Of a stretch of 64,000 bases of DNA, positions 19,286 to 28,265 are shown piece after piece. The position numbers were made by a program, and so were the translations under genes. The stretch is from Clostridia bacterium (GTDB lineage Bacteria; Bacillota; Clostridia; TANB77; CAG-508). Numbering within the stretch: the first letter of the stretch is position 1; each line of letters begins with the position of its first letter. The stretch covers positions 7,023 to 71,022 of the forward strand of contig JAGBAJ010000064.1 of NCBI GenBank assembly GCA_017939755.1, given 5' to 3'. Below the pieces are notes generated by a model. That model ran no database searches. It was not told the DNA's origin and was given only the letters and a program-made list of their open reading frames with translations.

Positions 19286-20206
19286 ATGAGTAAGGCAAAA
19301 GTAGTTGTAATAGGAGGCCCAACTGCATCTGGAAAAACGGCTATGTCAATTGCATTAGCAAAAAAAATAAACGGAGAAATAATTTCGGCAGATTCTATGC
19401 AAATATATAAGGACATGAATATAGGAACTGCTAAACCATCTGTGGAAGAGATGGATGGAATAAAGCACTATTTAATTGATTGTGTTTCTCCAGAAATACG
19501 ATATAGTGTTGCAGATTTTAAGAAAGATGCTACAAATGCTATTGAAGAGATTCTAAAGAAAGGTAAAATACCTATTGTTGTTGGTGGTACAGGTCTATAT
19601 ATTGATTCTTTAGTATATGGAATAGACTACAACGAGATGCAAGTAGACCTGAAATATCGAGATGAATTGGATAGAATTGCAGAAAAAAAAGGACTAAGGT
19701 ATCTATACGACATGGCTAGCAAAATAGATCCTGAGGCAATGAAAAAAATAAGTATAAATGATAGGAAGAGAATTTGTAGAGTTTTAGAAGTTTATAAAGC
19801 TACGGGCAAAACCAAGACCCAAATTGAAATTGAGTCAAGAAAGAATGGTGTACAATACGACTATCATGTATTTGCAATTAATATGGATAGAGAATTGTTG
19901 TACGAAAGAATTAACAAAAGAGTAGATATAATGATAGAATCAGGATTAATACAAGAGGTAGAAGACTTAACAAAAAAATATACAAATATGCCAACTGCAA
20001 TGCAGGGTTTAGGATACAAGGAAGTTGTAGAGTATTTTGAAAGAAAATTGTCAAAAGAAGAGATGATTGATAAGATAAAGCTAGAAAGCAGAAGATATGC
20101 AAAGCGTCAATTAACTTGGTTTAGGAAGAATAAAAGCATTATATGGTTGGATGCTTCAAAAGGAATAGATAAAAACACAGAAATTATTATGAGAGAAATA
20201 AGGTGA
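19286..20206 (+). CDS. miaA: tRNA dimethylallyltransferase
   Basis: P-loop GPTASGKT, DSMQIYKDMNIGTAKP and the C-terminal RRYAKRQLTWFR motif. Confidence 0.95.
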   Translation: MSKAKVVVIGGPTASGKTAMSIALAKKINGEIISADSMQIYKDMNIGTAKPSVEEMDGIKHYLIDCVSPEIRYSVADFKKDATNAIEEILKKGKIPIVVGGTGLYIDSLVYGIDYNEMQVDLKYRDELDRIAEKKGLRYLYDMASKIDPEAMKKISINDRKRICRVLEVYKATGKTKTQIEIESRKNGVQYDYHVFAINMDRELLYERINKRVDIMIESGLIQEVEDLTKKYTNMPTAMQGLGYKEVVEYFERKLSKEEMIDKIKLESRRYAKRQLTWFRKNKSIIWLDASKGIDKNTEIIMREIR

Positions 20207-20261
20207 AGATACAATAGAAAAGAAGATTAAAAAAAATAAAGATATTGATAAGAAAAAAATA

Positions 20262-21449
20262 ATGAAGGTTACTGTTATATGGATAGCAGCAATAGTAACT
20301 TTATATTTAGTTGTTTTATTAATAAACATTTTTAAGAAACCAACATCTACATTTATTGTTGAGAATGGAAGGATATATCAGGAAGAATTTGCAGAAGGGT
20401 ATGTAATTAGAAATGAACAATTAATTGATATTGACGATTCCAAAAACGGAATTGTGGCTATTAAATCTGAGTGTGATAAAGTCGGAAAAGGGGATCCTGT
20501 ATACCGTTATTGCGTTGAAAATGAATCAGAAATAAACCAAAAAATCAAAGACGTGGATAAAGAAATACAAGCTAACCTTAATATGAATGAAGAATTTTTT
20601 TCTGCTGATATAAAGATTATCAATACTCAAATAGATAGCAAACTAGATAATTTATGTAGAAGTGATGACTTAAAAAAGAATAGTCAGGACAAGAGCGATA
20701 TAAACACATATTTAACTAAGAAAATCAAAATTAGAGCAGAAGAGTCTGACAATAAGACTTTGCAAGAATTAGTTAAGAAAAGGGAAGACTATGAAAAACA
20801 ATTAAAAGAACAATCATCATATATAACAGCCGAAAATAGTGGAGTAATATCATATAGGATAGATGGATTGGAAAGTACTTTGAATGGAAATAATTTTTCG
20901 CAGATAAACGAAAATTACTTGAAGGAATTAGAGCTTGAAACAGGAGAGATTGTTGCATCAAGTACAGATCGCGGAAAAATAGTGGATAATTTTAAGTGCA
21001 ACATAGCATGTATTTTAAATTCTGAAGAGACAAAACAATGTGAAGTTGGAAAAAGCGTAAAGATTAGACTCTCTGACGCTCAAGAAATTCCAGCAAAAAT
21101 TGTAGAGAAAAAGGAACAAGAATCAGGAAAAAATTTAATTATACTCGAAATTACAGATTCAGTTATAGATTTAATAAAATACAGGAAAATTTCATTTGAT
21201 ATTATATGGTGGAGTGATTCTGGACTTAAGATAGCCAATTCAGCAATAAAGTATGAAGGTGATTTTGCGTATGTTATAAGGAATAGAGCAGGTCTAAGAG
21301 AAAAAGTATCAGTTAAAGTATTAAGATCAAATGACAAATATTCTATAGTAGAAAACTATACATATGCAGAGCTAAAAGAGGCTGGGTACGATATGTCATC
21401 ATTGTCTAATAGAAAGACAATCTCTGTACATGACCAAGTAGAAAATTAA
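20262..21449 (+). CDS. hypothetical membrane-anchored coiled-coil protein
   Basis: 395-aa ORF with a single N-terminal TM (VIWIAAIVTLYLVVLLINIF) and a central coiled-coil-like region. It resembles HlyD-type adaptors, but only weakly. Confidence 0.6.
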   Translation: MKVTVIWIAAIVTLYLVVLLINIFKKPTSTFIVENGRIYQEEFAEGYVIRNEQLIDIDDSKNGIVAIKSECDKVGKGDPVYRYCVENESEINQKIKDVDKEIQANLNMNEEFFSADIKIINTQIDSKLDNLCRSDDLKKNSQDKSDINTYLTKKIKIRAEESDNKTLQELVKKREDYEKQLKEQSSYITAENSGVISYRIDGLESTLNGNNFSQINENYLKELELETGEIVASSTDRGKIVDNFKCNIACILNSEETKQCEVGKSVKIRLSDAQEIPAKIVEKKEQESGKNLIILEITDSVIDLIKYRKISFDIIWWSDSGLKIANSAIKYEGDFAYVIRNRAGLREKVSVKVLRSNDKYSIVENYTYAELKEAGYDMSSLSNRKTISVHDQVEN

Positions 21450-21504
21450 ATGTTACAGAAATGTTACAGAAATATTAATTTTATATTACAAAAGAGCAAA
21501 AGTA

Positions 21505-21533
21505 TTGACACGATTGGAAAAAAGTTAGATACT
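21505..21533 (+). promoter_or_regulatory. candidate sigma-A promoter upstream of sepF
   Basis: TTGACA - 17 nt - GATACT. Confidence 0.4.
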
Positions 21534-21583
21534 ATATGCAAGTTAATACAAAGGAAGAGTATTAGATTTAGGAGGTTATATAT

Positions 21584-22057
21584 ATGTCAGGTGCAATAAT
21601 GAACAAGGTTTGGGATTTATTCGGTATGGATACCGCAGAAGATAAAGATGAAAATGAATACGATTATGAAGATTACGAGCAAGAAGAGGAAGTTGAAGAA
21701 AAGAAAGCTTGGGGAAAACGCTCAAAACTATTAAGTTTGCCACAAGCTCAACAAGTAAAAATGGTAATATCTCAACCTACTACTTTTGAACAATCTGAGA
21801 GTATTTGTGATCTTTTAAAAGAAAAAAAATCAGTAATAGTAAACTTAGAGTATGTGAACAAAGATATTGCTAGACGTATTATAGATGTTGTAAGTGGAGC
21901 AGTTCATGCTTTAGATGGACATATGCAAAAAGTTTCAAACTCTATATTTTTAATTGCTCCATTTAATTATGATATTACAACAGAAATGGCTAGAGAAGAA
22001 ATAAAAAATAAACTTTCTGTTTCATGGTTAAAAAACAATAATATGCCAAACGAATAA
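21584..22057 (+). CDS. sepF: cell division protein SepF
   Basis: 157-aa ORF with SD aggagg, an acidic N-terminal linker and a conserved C-terminal domain (PTTFEQSESICDLLKEKKSVIVNLE...IFLIAP). Lies directly upstream of divIVA. Confidence 0.9.
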   Translation: MSGAIMNKVWDLFGMDTAEDKDENEYDYEDYEQEEEVEEKKAWGKRSKLLSLPQAQQVKMVISQPTTFEQSESICDLLKEKKSVIVNLEYVNKDIARRIIDVVSGAVHALDGHMQKVSNSIFLIAPFNYDITTEMAREEIKNKLSVSWLKNNNMPNE

Positions 22058-22084
22058 AAACAAGTTTAAGAGGAGGGATACGAT

Positions 22085-22535
22085 ATGATTACACCATTAG
22101 ATGTAGAAAATAAGAAATTCTCTAAACGGATGGAATGGATACTGTGTTGAAGAGGTAGACGAATTTCTAGATCAAATTACAGAAGAGCTAGAAACAAAAT
22201 GTAAAGAATTATCATCTTCAACAAAAGAAATTGAGCAACTAAAGCAAGACTTAGAGCACTACAAGGGTATGGAATCAACTATCCAAAATACTTTAGTAAT
22301 TGCCCAGTCAGCTGCTGATGAGGTAAAAAACAATGCAAAACAACAAGCTTCTCAAATAATAAAAGATGCGGAAGGAACTGCAAGACAATCAGTTGAAAAC
22401 TTATCTCAATCAATTGTTATGAAAAAGAAAGAACTTGAAGATTTAGATAAACAATTAGATGTTTATAGAGCAAAAATGGAGTCTTTATTGATTTCACAAT
22501 TAGAACTAATAAAGGATGCAAAGAAAGATAATTAA
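22085..22535 (+). pseudogene. divIVA: DivIVA, interrupted by a +1 frameshift after codon ~17
   Basis: Frame 1 reads MITPLDVENKKFSKRMEW..stop at 22150. Shifting +1 at about 22136 restores the canonical FSKRME-GYCVEEVDEFLDQI and runs to 22535. The track shows only the 88-aa tail (22269-22535). Confidence 0.8.
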
Positions 22536-22553
22536 TATAGTTTACGAAAGATG

Positions 22554-22585
22554 AAACAGAGGATAGATAGTACCCTCTGTTTTTG
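22554..22585 (+). terminator. rho-independent terminator after divIVA
   Basis: aacagagg / ccctctgtt stem followed by TTTT. Confidence 0.7.
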
Positions 22586-22726
22586 ACTTTGTATATATTC
22601 TACAAAAGATAAAGCATATTATTTCAAAAAATTATAGACAATCAAAAGAAAAAACTAAAACTCCAAAAGATAAAGAAAAATCCATTCGTCTAGTGAAAAA
22701 ATTATGATTAAATATTTAATCATAGT

Positions 22727-22962
22727 TTTTTATCTAATAGGAAAGTCTTGCTAACTTTCCTATTAGATAAAGTTTTACAAAAACAAACGCACAAAAATTA
22801 TATATTGTAAAGTTTGAAACTAAACATCGATTAGTTTGAGTGAGTGAAATTTAAGGTAGCTGTGTGAGTGAAATTAGGACATCTGTGTGAATGAACTACA
22901 GATAATGATTGAATACATAAGAATTTACTAAAAATTCTTTGATTTTTCAGAATTTGTTTCGT
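22727..22962 (+). repeat. mosaic repeat family B, copy B2 (diverged)
   Basis: Hairpin TAATAGGAAAGT..ACTTTCCTATTA, CATCGATTAGTTTGAGTGAGTGAAAT / TAGCTGTGTGAGTGAAAT units, TACAGATAATGA, and a terminal ..GATTTTTCAGAATTTGTTTC. Confidence 0.65.
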
Positions 22963-23100
22963 CTAAACAATAATATTGAAAATTGTTATAGTTATATAAA
23001 TCTATATTTATGTTACAAATTTGTTAAATCTATATTACATTTTTATAATAAATATTGACATATATTGAAATATATATAAAATAATAGTAGAGTTTAATTG

Positions 23101-23261
23101 TTATATATTAGGAAAATCATACTGACTTTTCCTAATATATAACAAAGGCTTCGCCGAAAACGGATGCACATCGATTAGCCGTGCGCAACGAAGTTAGCTA
23201 CGGATAATACATGCGCCGAACAAATTGACTGAAAAAATCAAAGATTTTTTCAGATTTGTTC
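23101..23261 (+). repeat. mosaic repeat family B, copy B3 (compact reference copy)
   Basis: A 16-bp hairpin TTATATATTAGGAAAA..TTTTCCTAATATATAA, CATCGATTAGCCGTGCGCAACGAAGTTAGCTACGGATAATACATG, and a 44-nt palindrome GAACAAATTGACTGAAAAAATC-aaa-GATTTTTTCAGATTTGTTC. It ends 13 nt before the rsmD ATG. Confidence 0.8.
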
Positions 23262-23274
23262 AAGAGGAGAATAT

Positions 23275-23836
23275 ATGAGAGTTATCAGCCGGAAAGGCAA
23301 AGGGAACAAAATTAAATTCAATAGAAAGCAGTTCGACAAGACCTACACTAGATCGAGTTAAAGAATCATTATTTAATATAATAAATGATAAAATTTATGA
23401 TTCAACTATACTAGATTTATTTGCTGGGAGTGGGGCAATTGGAATTGAGTTTTTAAGCAGAGGATGTAAACGTGCATACATGTGTGATAAATCACATGAG
23501 GCAGTTAAATATATATATGATAATATTATAAAAACTAAACTGCAAGAGAACGCTATTATTTCAAATAAAGATTATGCAGAATTCTTAAAGGATTTAAAGA
23601 ATAAAAACGAAAAGTTTGATATTGTATTTTTGGATCCTCCATATGATTTGGATATAGCTAAGAATGCTGTTGCTTTAATTATAGAGTACAAGCTGTTAAG
23701 CAATGATGGAATAATAATAATTGAAACAGATCAGAAAGAACGAGAGATAAAAGGCATAGAGAATTTGAACGTGGAAATTTATGATACCAGAAAATATGGG
23801 AGAGCTAATCTTATATTTTTAGTTGAAAGGGGTTAA
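23275..23836 (+). pseudogene. rsmD: 16S rRNA (guanine966-N2)-methyltransferase RsmD, +1 frameshift at codon 6
   Basis: ATG at 23275 has SD agaggag. It reads MRVIS then leaves frame at agCCgg (about 23289). Removing one C gives MRVISGKAKGTKLNSIESSSTRPTLDRVKESLFNII...LDLFAGSGAIGIEF...FLDPPY. The track shows only 23480-23836. Confidence 0.8.
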
Positions 23837-23839
23837 GCA

Positions 23840-24277
23840 ATGGAAATATTTACTTTACTAGAAAACATTGAAGACATATTAGAAAAAAGCAAAGGTGTAC
23901 CTTTCTCTAATAAAGTTTTAGTTGATAAAGAAGAGATTCTTGAGCAAATTAGTGAGTTAAGATTAAAATTACCAGAAGAATTAAAACAAGCAAAATGGAT
24001 AAAAGAGGAACGTCAACGTATTTTAGTTGAAGCTCAAAAAGAAGCAGATGATATAGTTAAAGAAGCCGAAAACAGAATTATTTCAATGATAGATGAACAT
24101 GAAATAACTAAAAAAGCTTATGAAAAGAAAGCGGAGATTATTGAAACTGCAAATGAAATGTCTAGAGAAATTTCAAAAGGTACAAAAGAGTATGCAGATA
24201 ATGTATTAAATGGAATAGAAGTCGCACTACAGGAGGCTCTAAAAATAATACAAAATAATCGTAACGAACTTAAATAG
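23840..24277 (+). CDS. hypothetical coiled-coil protein
   Basis: 145-aa highly charged helical ORF, tightly coupled to the end of rsmD. Confidence 0.65.
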   Translation: MEIFTLLENIEDILEKSKGVPFSNKVLVDKEEILEQISELRLKLPEELKQAKWIKEERQRILVEAQKEADDIVKEAENRIISMIDEHEITKKAYEKKAEIIETANEMSREISKGTKEYADNVLNGIEVALQEALKIIQNNRNELK

Positions 24278-24290
24278 AGATAATAAAATC

Positions 24291-24340
24291 AGTAATCGGG
24301 GAATTTTAATTGGTAGATATATTCCGATTACTTTTTTTTG
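24291..24340 (+). terminator. rho-independent terminator
   Basis: agtaatcgg / ccgattact stem followed by T8. Confidence 0.8.
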
Positions 24341-24359
24341 ATAGGAGGATAAATACCAT

Positions 24360-26717
24360 ATGGCGAAGAAAAGAAAATCAAGTAGCAATAAAAAAAATCA
24401 GAAAACAAAGAAAAAAGAGATAAAAATGAATTCAGACATTGAAATTGTATTACTTTTTCTTATAAGTATTGTAATGGCAGCATTACTATATAGTAATTCT
24501 GGTTATATGGGAAATTTATTAAATGATGTATGTGGAGGAATATTTGGAATATTAAAATATCTTGTACCTATTATACCATTTACATGCGCAATATATATGG
24601 CTAGTAAGTATAAAGAGTCAATATTAGCAAAGGTTATACCTACTTCTATACTGTTACTTTGTTTGTCAACAACTACAACAATATACCAAATGTTAAATAA
24701 TGTATTAGAGTATAACATTTCATTCGGAGATGTAATGGATAGAGCATATCATTTAGGGACTACAAGTAAGGGCGGAGGAGTATTAGGAGCTCTGATTGCG
24801 TATCCATTAGCTAAACTAATGTCTCCAGTTGTAGCTTTAATTGTAATAATAGGAATTGCAATATTAGTTGTAGTATTTGTTTTCGGACTGAAACCAGGTG
24901 AATGCATTGGAAATTACATAGATAGAAAGCATGAGCAACATGAACAAAATGACGAAGAAGATAATACTATTCAAAAAAATAAGAAATCTGTAATACAAGA
25001 AGATTTTGGTGATACGATTGATGTAAGGGCAGAAACTGCAAAAGAAAGAAAAGCAAGAGAAAAAGAAGAAAAAAGAAAAGCTGCACTTCAGGTTGATGAT
25101 CAACTTACAATTAATATGATGGAAGACCAGAAAAAAAATAAGAACGAAGGTTATATCGAAAATAATTTATTTAAACAGGTAGATCAAGAAAAAGAAGATA
25201 AAACAAAAGAGGTATTACAGCTTGAGCATGCTATTGCTGTGGAAGATGAACATTACGAATATCCACCAGTTGAAATATTAAGTATGGGGGAGAAAAGAGG
25301 AAATAAAGGTAGTGCTAAATTATTAGCGGAAAATGCAGCAAAATTACAAAAAACGTTATATAGTTTTGGTGTATCCGCAAAAGTTGAAAATGTTTCGGTA
25401 GGTCCAACAATTACAAGATATGAACTAAAACCTGCTGAAGGAACAAGAGTAAGCAAAATAGCAAATTTAGCTGATGATATTGCTTTAAATTTAGCAGCAG
25501 AAACTATAAGAATTGAAGCACCAATACCTGGGAAACAGGCTGTTGGTATAGAAGTTCCAAATGACAAAAAGGAGGCCGTTCATTTAAGAGAAGTTATAGA
25601 AAGTGATGAATTTGAAAATAATAAATCTAAACTTAGTGTTGCATTAGGAAAGGATGTGGCAGGAAAAACCGTAGTAGCAGACATTGGAAAAATGCCTCAC
25701 GTTCTAATTGCAGGTTCCACTGGATCTGGTAAGAGCGTTTGTATAAATTCTATAATTACAAGTATTATATATAATGCAAAACCAAGTGAAGTTAAACTTG
25801 TAATGATTGATCCAAAAGTCGTTGAACTATCTGTATATAATGGAATACCACACTTACTAATTCCGGTTGTAACAGATCCAAAAAAAGCTGCAGGAGCATT
25901 AGCTTGGGCAGTTATAGAAATGGATGACAGATATAATAAATTTGCGCAAAAAGGTGTTAGAGATTTAAAAGGTTACAATAAGGCAATAGAAAAAGAAAAT
26001 GAGAACTTAAAATTACCACAAATTGTTGTTATTGTAGATGAGCTTGCAGATTTAATGATGGTTGCTGCTAAAGATGTTGAAGAGGCAATATGTAGATTGG
26101 CACAAAAAGCTAGAGCTGCAGGAATGCATCTTGTTATAGCAACACAGAGACCATCTGTAGATGTAATTACAGGTTTAATTAAAGCAAATGTTCCATCAAG
26201 AATTGCTTTTGCAGTTTCATCACAGATAGATTCTAGAACAATATTGGATTGTTCAGGTGCAGAAAAGTTACTTGGAAAGGGAGATATGTTGTTTAGTCCC
26301 GTTGGATCAAATAAGCCTCAAAGAATTCAAGGTGCATTTGTTTCAGATGATGAAGTTGAAAAAATTGTTGATTTCATAAAAATGAACGTTGGAGAGGTAT
26401 CATATAATGAAGAAATAATGGAAACAATAGAAAATAGTAATAAATCAGATAAAGAAATGTTAGAGAGCGATACAAGCGATAATACTTGTGATCCACTACT
26501 AGACGAAGCTATTGAAACTGTGGTAGAAACAGGGCAAGCATCAACATCTTTTATACAAAGAAAATTTAAAGTTGGTTATGCAAGAGCAGGTAGAATTATA
26601 GATCAAATGGAAGAAAGGGGCATTATATCTGGATATCAAGGAAGTAAACCAAGGGAAGTGTTAATGAGCAAGGAAAGATGGGAAGAGCTGAAAATGTCAA
26701 CAAGCAATAATGAGTAG
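24360..26717 (+). CDS. ftsK: DNA translocase FtsK/SpoIIIE
   Basis: N-terminal TM domain, charged linker, Walker A GSTGSGKS, Walker B VVIVDELADL and a C-terminal winged-helix gamma domain (STSFIQRKFKVGYARAGRIIDQME). Confidence 0.95.
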   Translation: MAKKRKSSSNKKNQKTKKKEIKMNSDIEIVLLFLISIVMAALLYSNSGYMGNLLNDVCGGIFGILKYLVPIIPFTCAIYMASKYKESILAKVIPTSILLLCLSTTTTIYQMLNNVLEYNISFGDVMDRAYHLGTTSKGGGVLGALIAYPLAKLMSPVVALIVIIGIAILVVVFVFGLKPGECIGNYIDRKHEQHEQNDEEDNTIQKNKKSVIQEDFGDTIDVRAETAKERKAREKEEKRKAALQVDDQLTINMMEDQKKNKNEGYIENNLFKQVDQEKEDKTKEVLQLEHAIAVEDEHYEYPPVEILSMGEKRGNKGSAKLLAENAAKLQKTLYSFGVSAKVENVSVGPTITRYELKPAEGTRVSKIANLADDIALNLAAETIRIEAPIPGKQAVGIEVPNDKKEAVHLREVIESDEFENNKSKLSVALGKDVAGKTVVADIGKMPHVLIAGSTGSGKSVCINSIITSIIYNAKPSEVKLVMIDPKVVELSVYNGIPHLLIPVVTDPKKAAGALAWAVIEMDDRYNKFAQKGVRDLKGYNKAIEKENENLKLPQIVVIVDELADLMMVAAKDVEEAICRLAQKARAAGMHLVIATQRPSVDVITGLIKANVPSRIAFAVSSQIDSRTILDCSGAEKLLGKGDMLFSPVGSNKPQRIQGAFVSDDEVEKIVDFIKMNVGEVSYNEEIMETIENSNKSDKEMLESDTSDNTCDPLLDEAIETVVETGQASTSFIQRKFKVGYARAGRIIDQMEERGIISGYQGSKPREVLMSKERWEELKMSTSNNE

Positions 26718-26732
26718 AAGGGGAGATTTAAT

Positions 26733-28253
26733 TTGAGAAATAAGGAAAACCTATTTTCAAAAAATAAATATGATGTGCAACTTGAGGCTCTATTAGATGA
26801 AAAAAATTACACTGATGAAGCAAAGAGTTTGGTATTAAATATTTTGTATAGAATAGAAAACGCATATAAAGATTACCAAACTATAAAGCAAAATGTAAAA
26901 CAAAAGAGCGAAATAATTGGAGACATAGTAGACACTATAAAACATAGATGTGACACATTAGAAATTTTAAACCCAGAAGAAAAACAGGCAAAATTATACG
27001 TAGACAGACGAAAGAAAATAATAAAGACATTTCCTCATGAAGTAGATTTGTTACAAGCGATATACTATATAAAAACGCCATATGCTAAAAAGATTGAAAA
27101 TATTTTTGAAAAAGCTACAATGATGATATTAGAAAAAGGAATGGCAATAAACGGTGTTGAAATAATTAGAGATTTTAATGGCTGGTCATGGAATAATACT
27201 TTGAGCAATGATAATAGCCAATATTATAATTTGATATATCAAAGCTTAATTATTTTAATTGGCGAAACGGAGTTAGAGAGCATAATAAAAAGTAATAATA
27301 TTATTGAGAAAATAAAAGAAAAAATGTTTGATATATATGGAGAAAATAAAACGGAAGATGTTATTAATAAACTTGTTAGGGTTTGTGTTCTTATATATAT
27401 GAGTAATAGTGAAAAAAATAAGAAAGATGTTGATAAATATATTGATGAGAAAAAGGATACTTTGCATAAAATGCAAGATAAAGCAAAATTTATTATGAAT
27501 ATAACGAGTCAAAATAGTGAGTACACAAGAAATATAAGTAAAATAGATTCAATATTATCAAGCGAATCATTATTAAAGAAGAAATACTCATCAAAAAATA
27601 TATCTGAAAAATATAAGGATATAGAAACATATAAAGAATCACTAGTTAAATATAAAAATAGTCTTGTAAGTAGAATGAGTGAAAATAAGAAGATAATGAA
27701 TCCTTTTGAATATATTAAGCTAAAAGAGAATACTCAGAACGAACTAAAGACATTAAACGACGTACAATTATGTTATTCAATGAATGATAGTGTATATACA
27801 AGTTTAATTGGATTACAGAGGGCAGTTATTGAATGTTTTTATAAAAAAGTGGCAGTATATGATTTAAAAAAGGAACTTATTGGTTTAGTGTATGAAATTA
27901 GATACTACAATAATTTGCCACTAGCAGAAAAAAAGATTAAGAGCATAAAAGAGCTACAAAACAACTTAGATACAATGCAAAAAGCCTTCATTAACAAATT
28001 ATGCAAAGCAAAAGTAATCGAAAAGTTTTCTAGCAATAGTAATTTAAACTACGAAATTACGAAACAAATATTTAGATCAAATATCATAGATTTAAATAAG
28101 ACTAGCGTGAAGTTGGAATATAAAGATGGAAAAATGGACATGGAATATTATGACGATCATGATGTTGAGCTTAAAAAAACAATAAAAATAGATGTAGACG
28201 ATTATAAAAATATGAATAAAAAAATTGGAAAAAAAATAAGAATATTTATTTAG
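26733..28253 (+). CDS. hypothetical Lys/Asn-rich protein (506 aa)
   Basis: Long uninterrupted ORF with a TTG start and SD aaggggag. Gaps of 15 nt to ftsK and 12 nt to the next gene suggest co-translation. No motif I recognise. Confidence 0.7.
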   Translation: MRNKENLFSKNKYDVQLEALLDEKNYTDEAKSLVLNILYRIENAYKDYQTIKQNVKQKSEIIGDIVDTIKHRCDTLEILNPEEKQAKLYVDRRKKIIKTFPHEVDLLQAIYYIKTPYAKKIENIFEKATMMILEKGMAINGVEIIRDFNGWSWNNTLSNDNSQYYNLIYQSLIILIGETELESIIKSNNIIEKIKEKMFDIYGENKTEDVINKLVRVCVLIYMSNSEKNKKDVDKYIDEKKDTLHKMQDKAKFIMNITSQNSEYTRNISKIDSILSSESLLKKKYSSKNISEKYKDIETYKESLVKYKNSLVSRMSENKKIMNPFEYIKLKENTQNELKTLNDVQLCYSMNDSVYTSLIGLQRAVIECFYKKVAVYDLKKELIGLVYEIRYYNNLPLAEKKIKSIKELQNNLDTMQKAFINKLCKAKVIEKFSSNSNLNYEITKQIFRSNIIDLNKTSVKLEYKDGKMDMEYYDDHDVELKKTIKIDVDDYKNMNKKIGKKIRIFI

Positions 28254-28265
28254 TGGGAGGTACTA

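Noticed and set aside
21450-21475. Direct repeat atgttacagaa-atgttacagaa immediately after the stop codon at 21449.
   Set aside because: There are only two units and no further copies in the window. It is likely a simple slippage duplication, and I could not attach a function.
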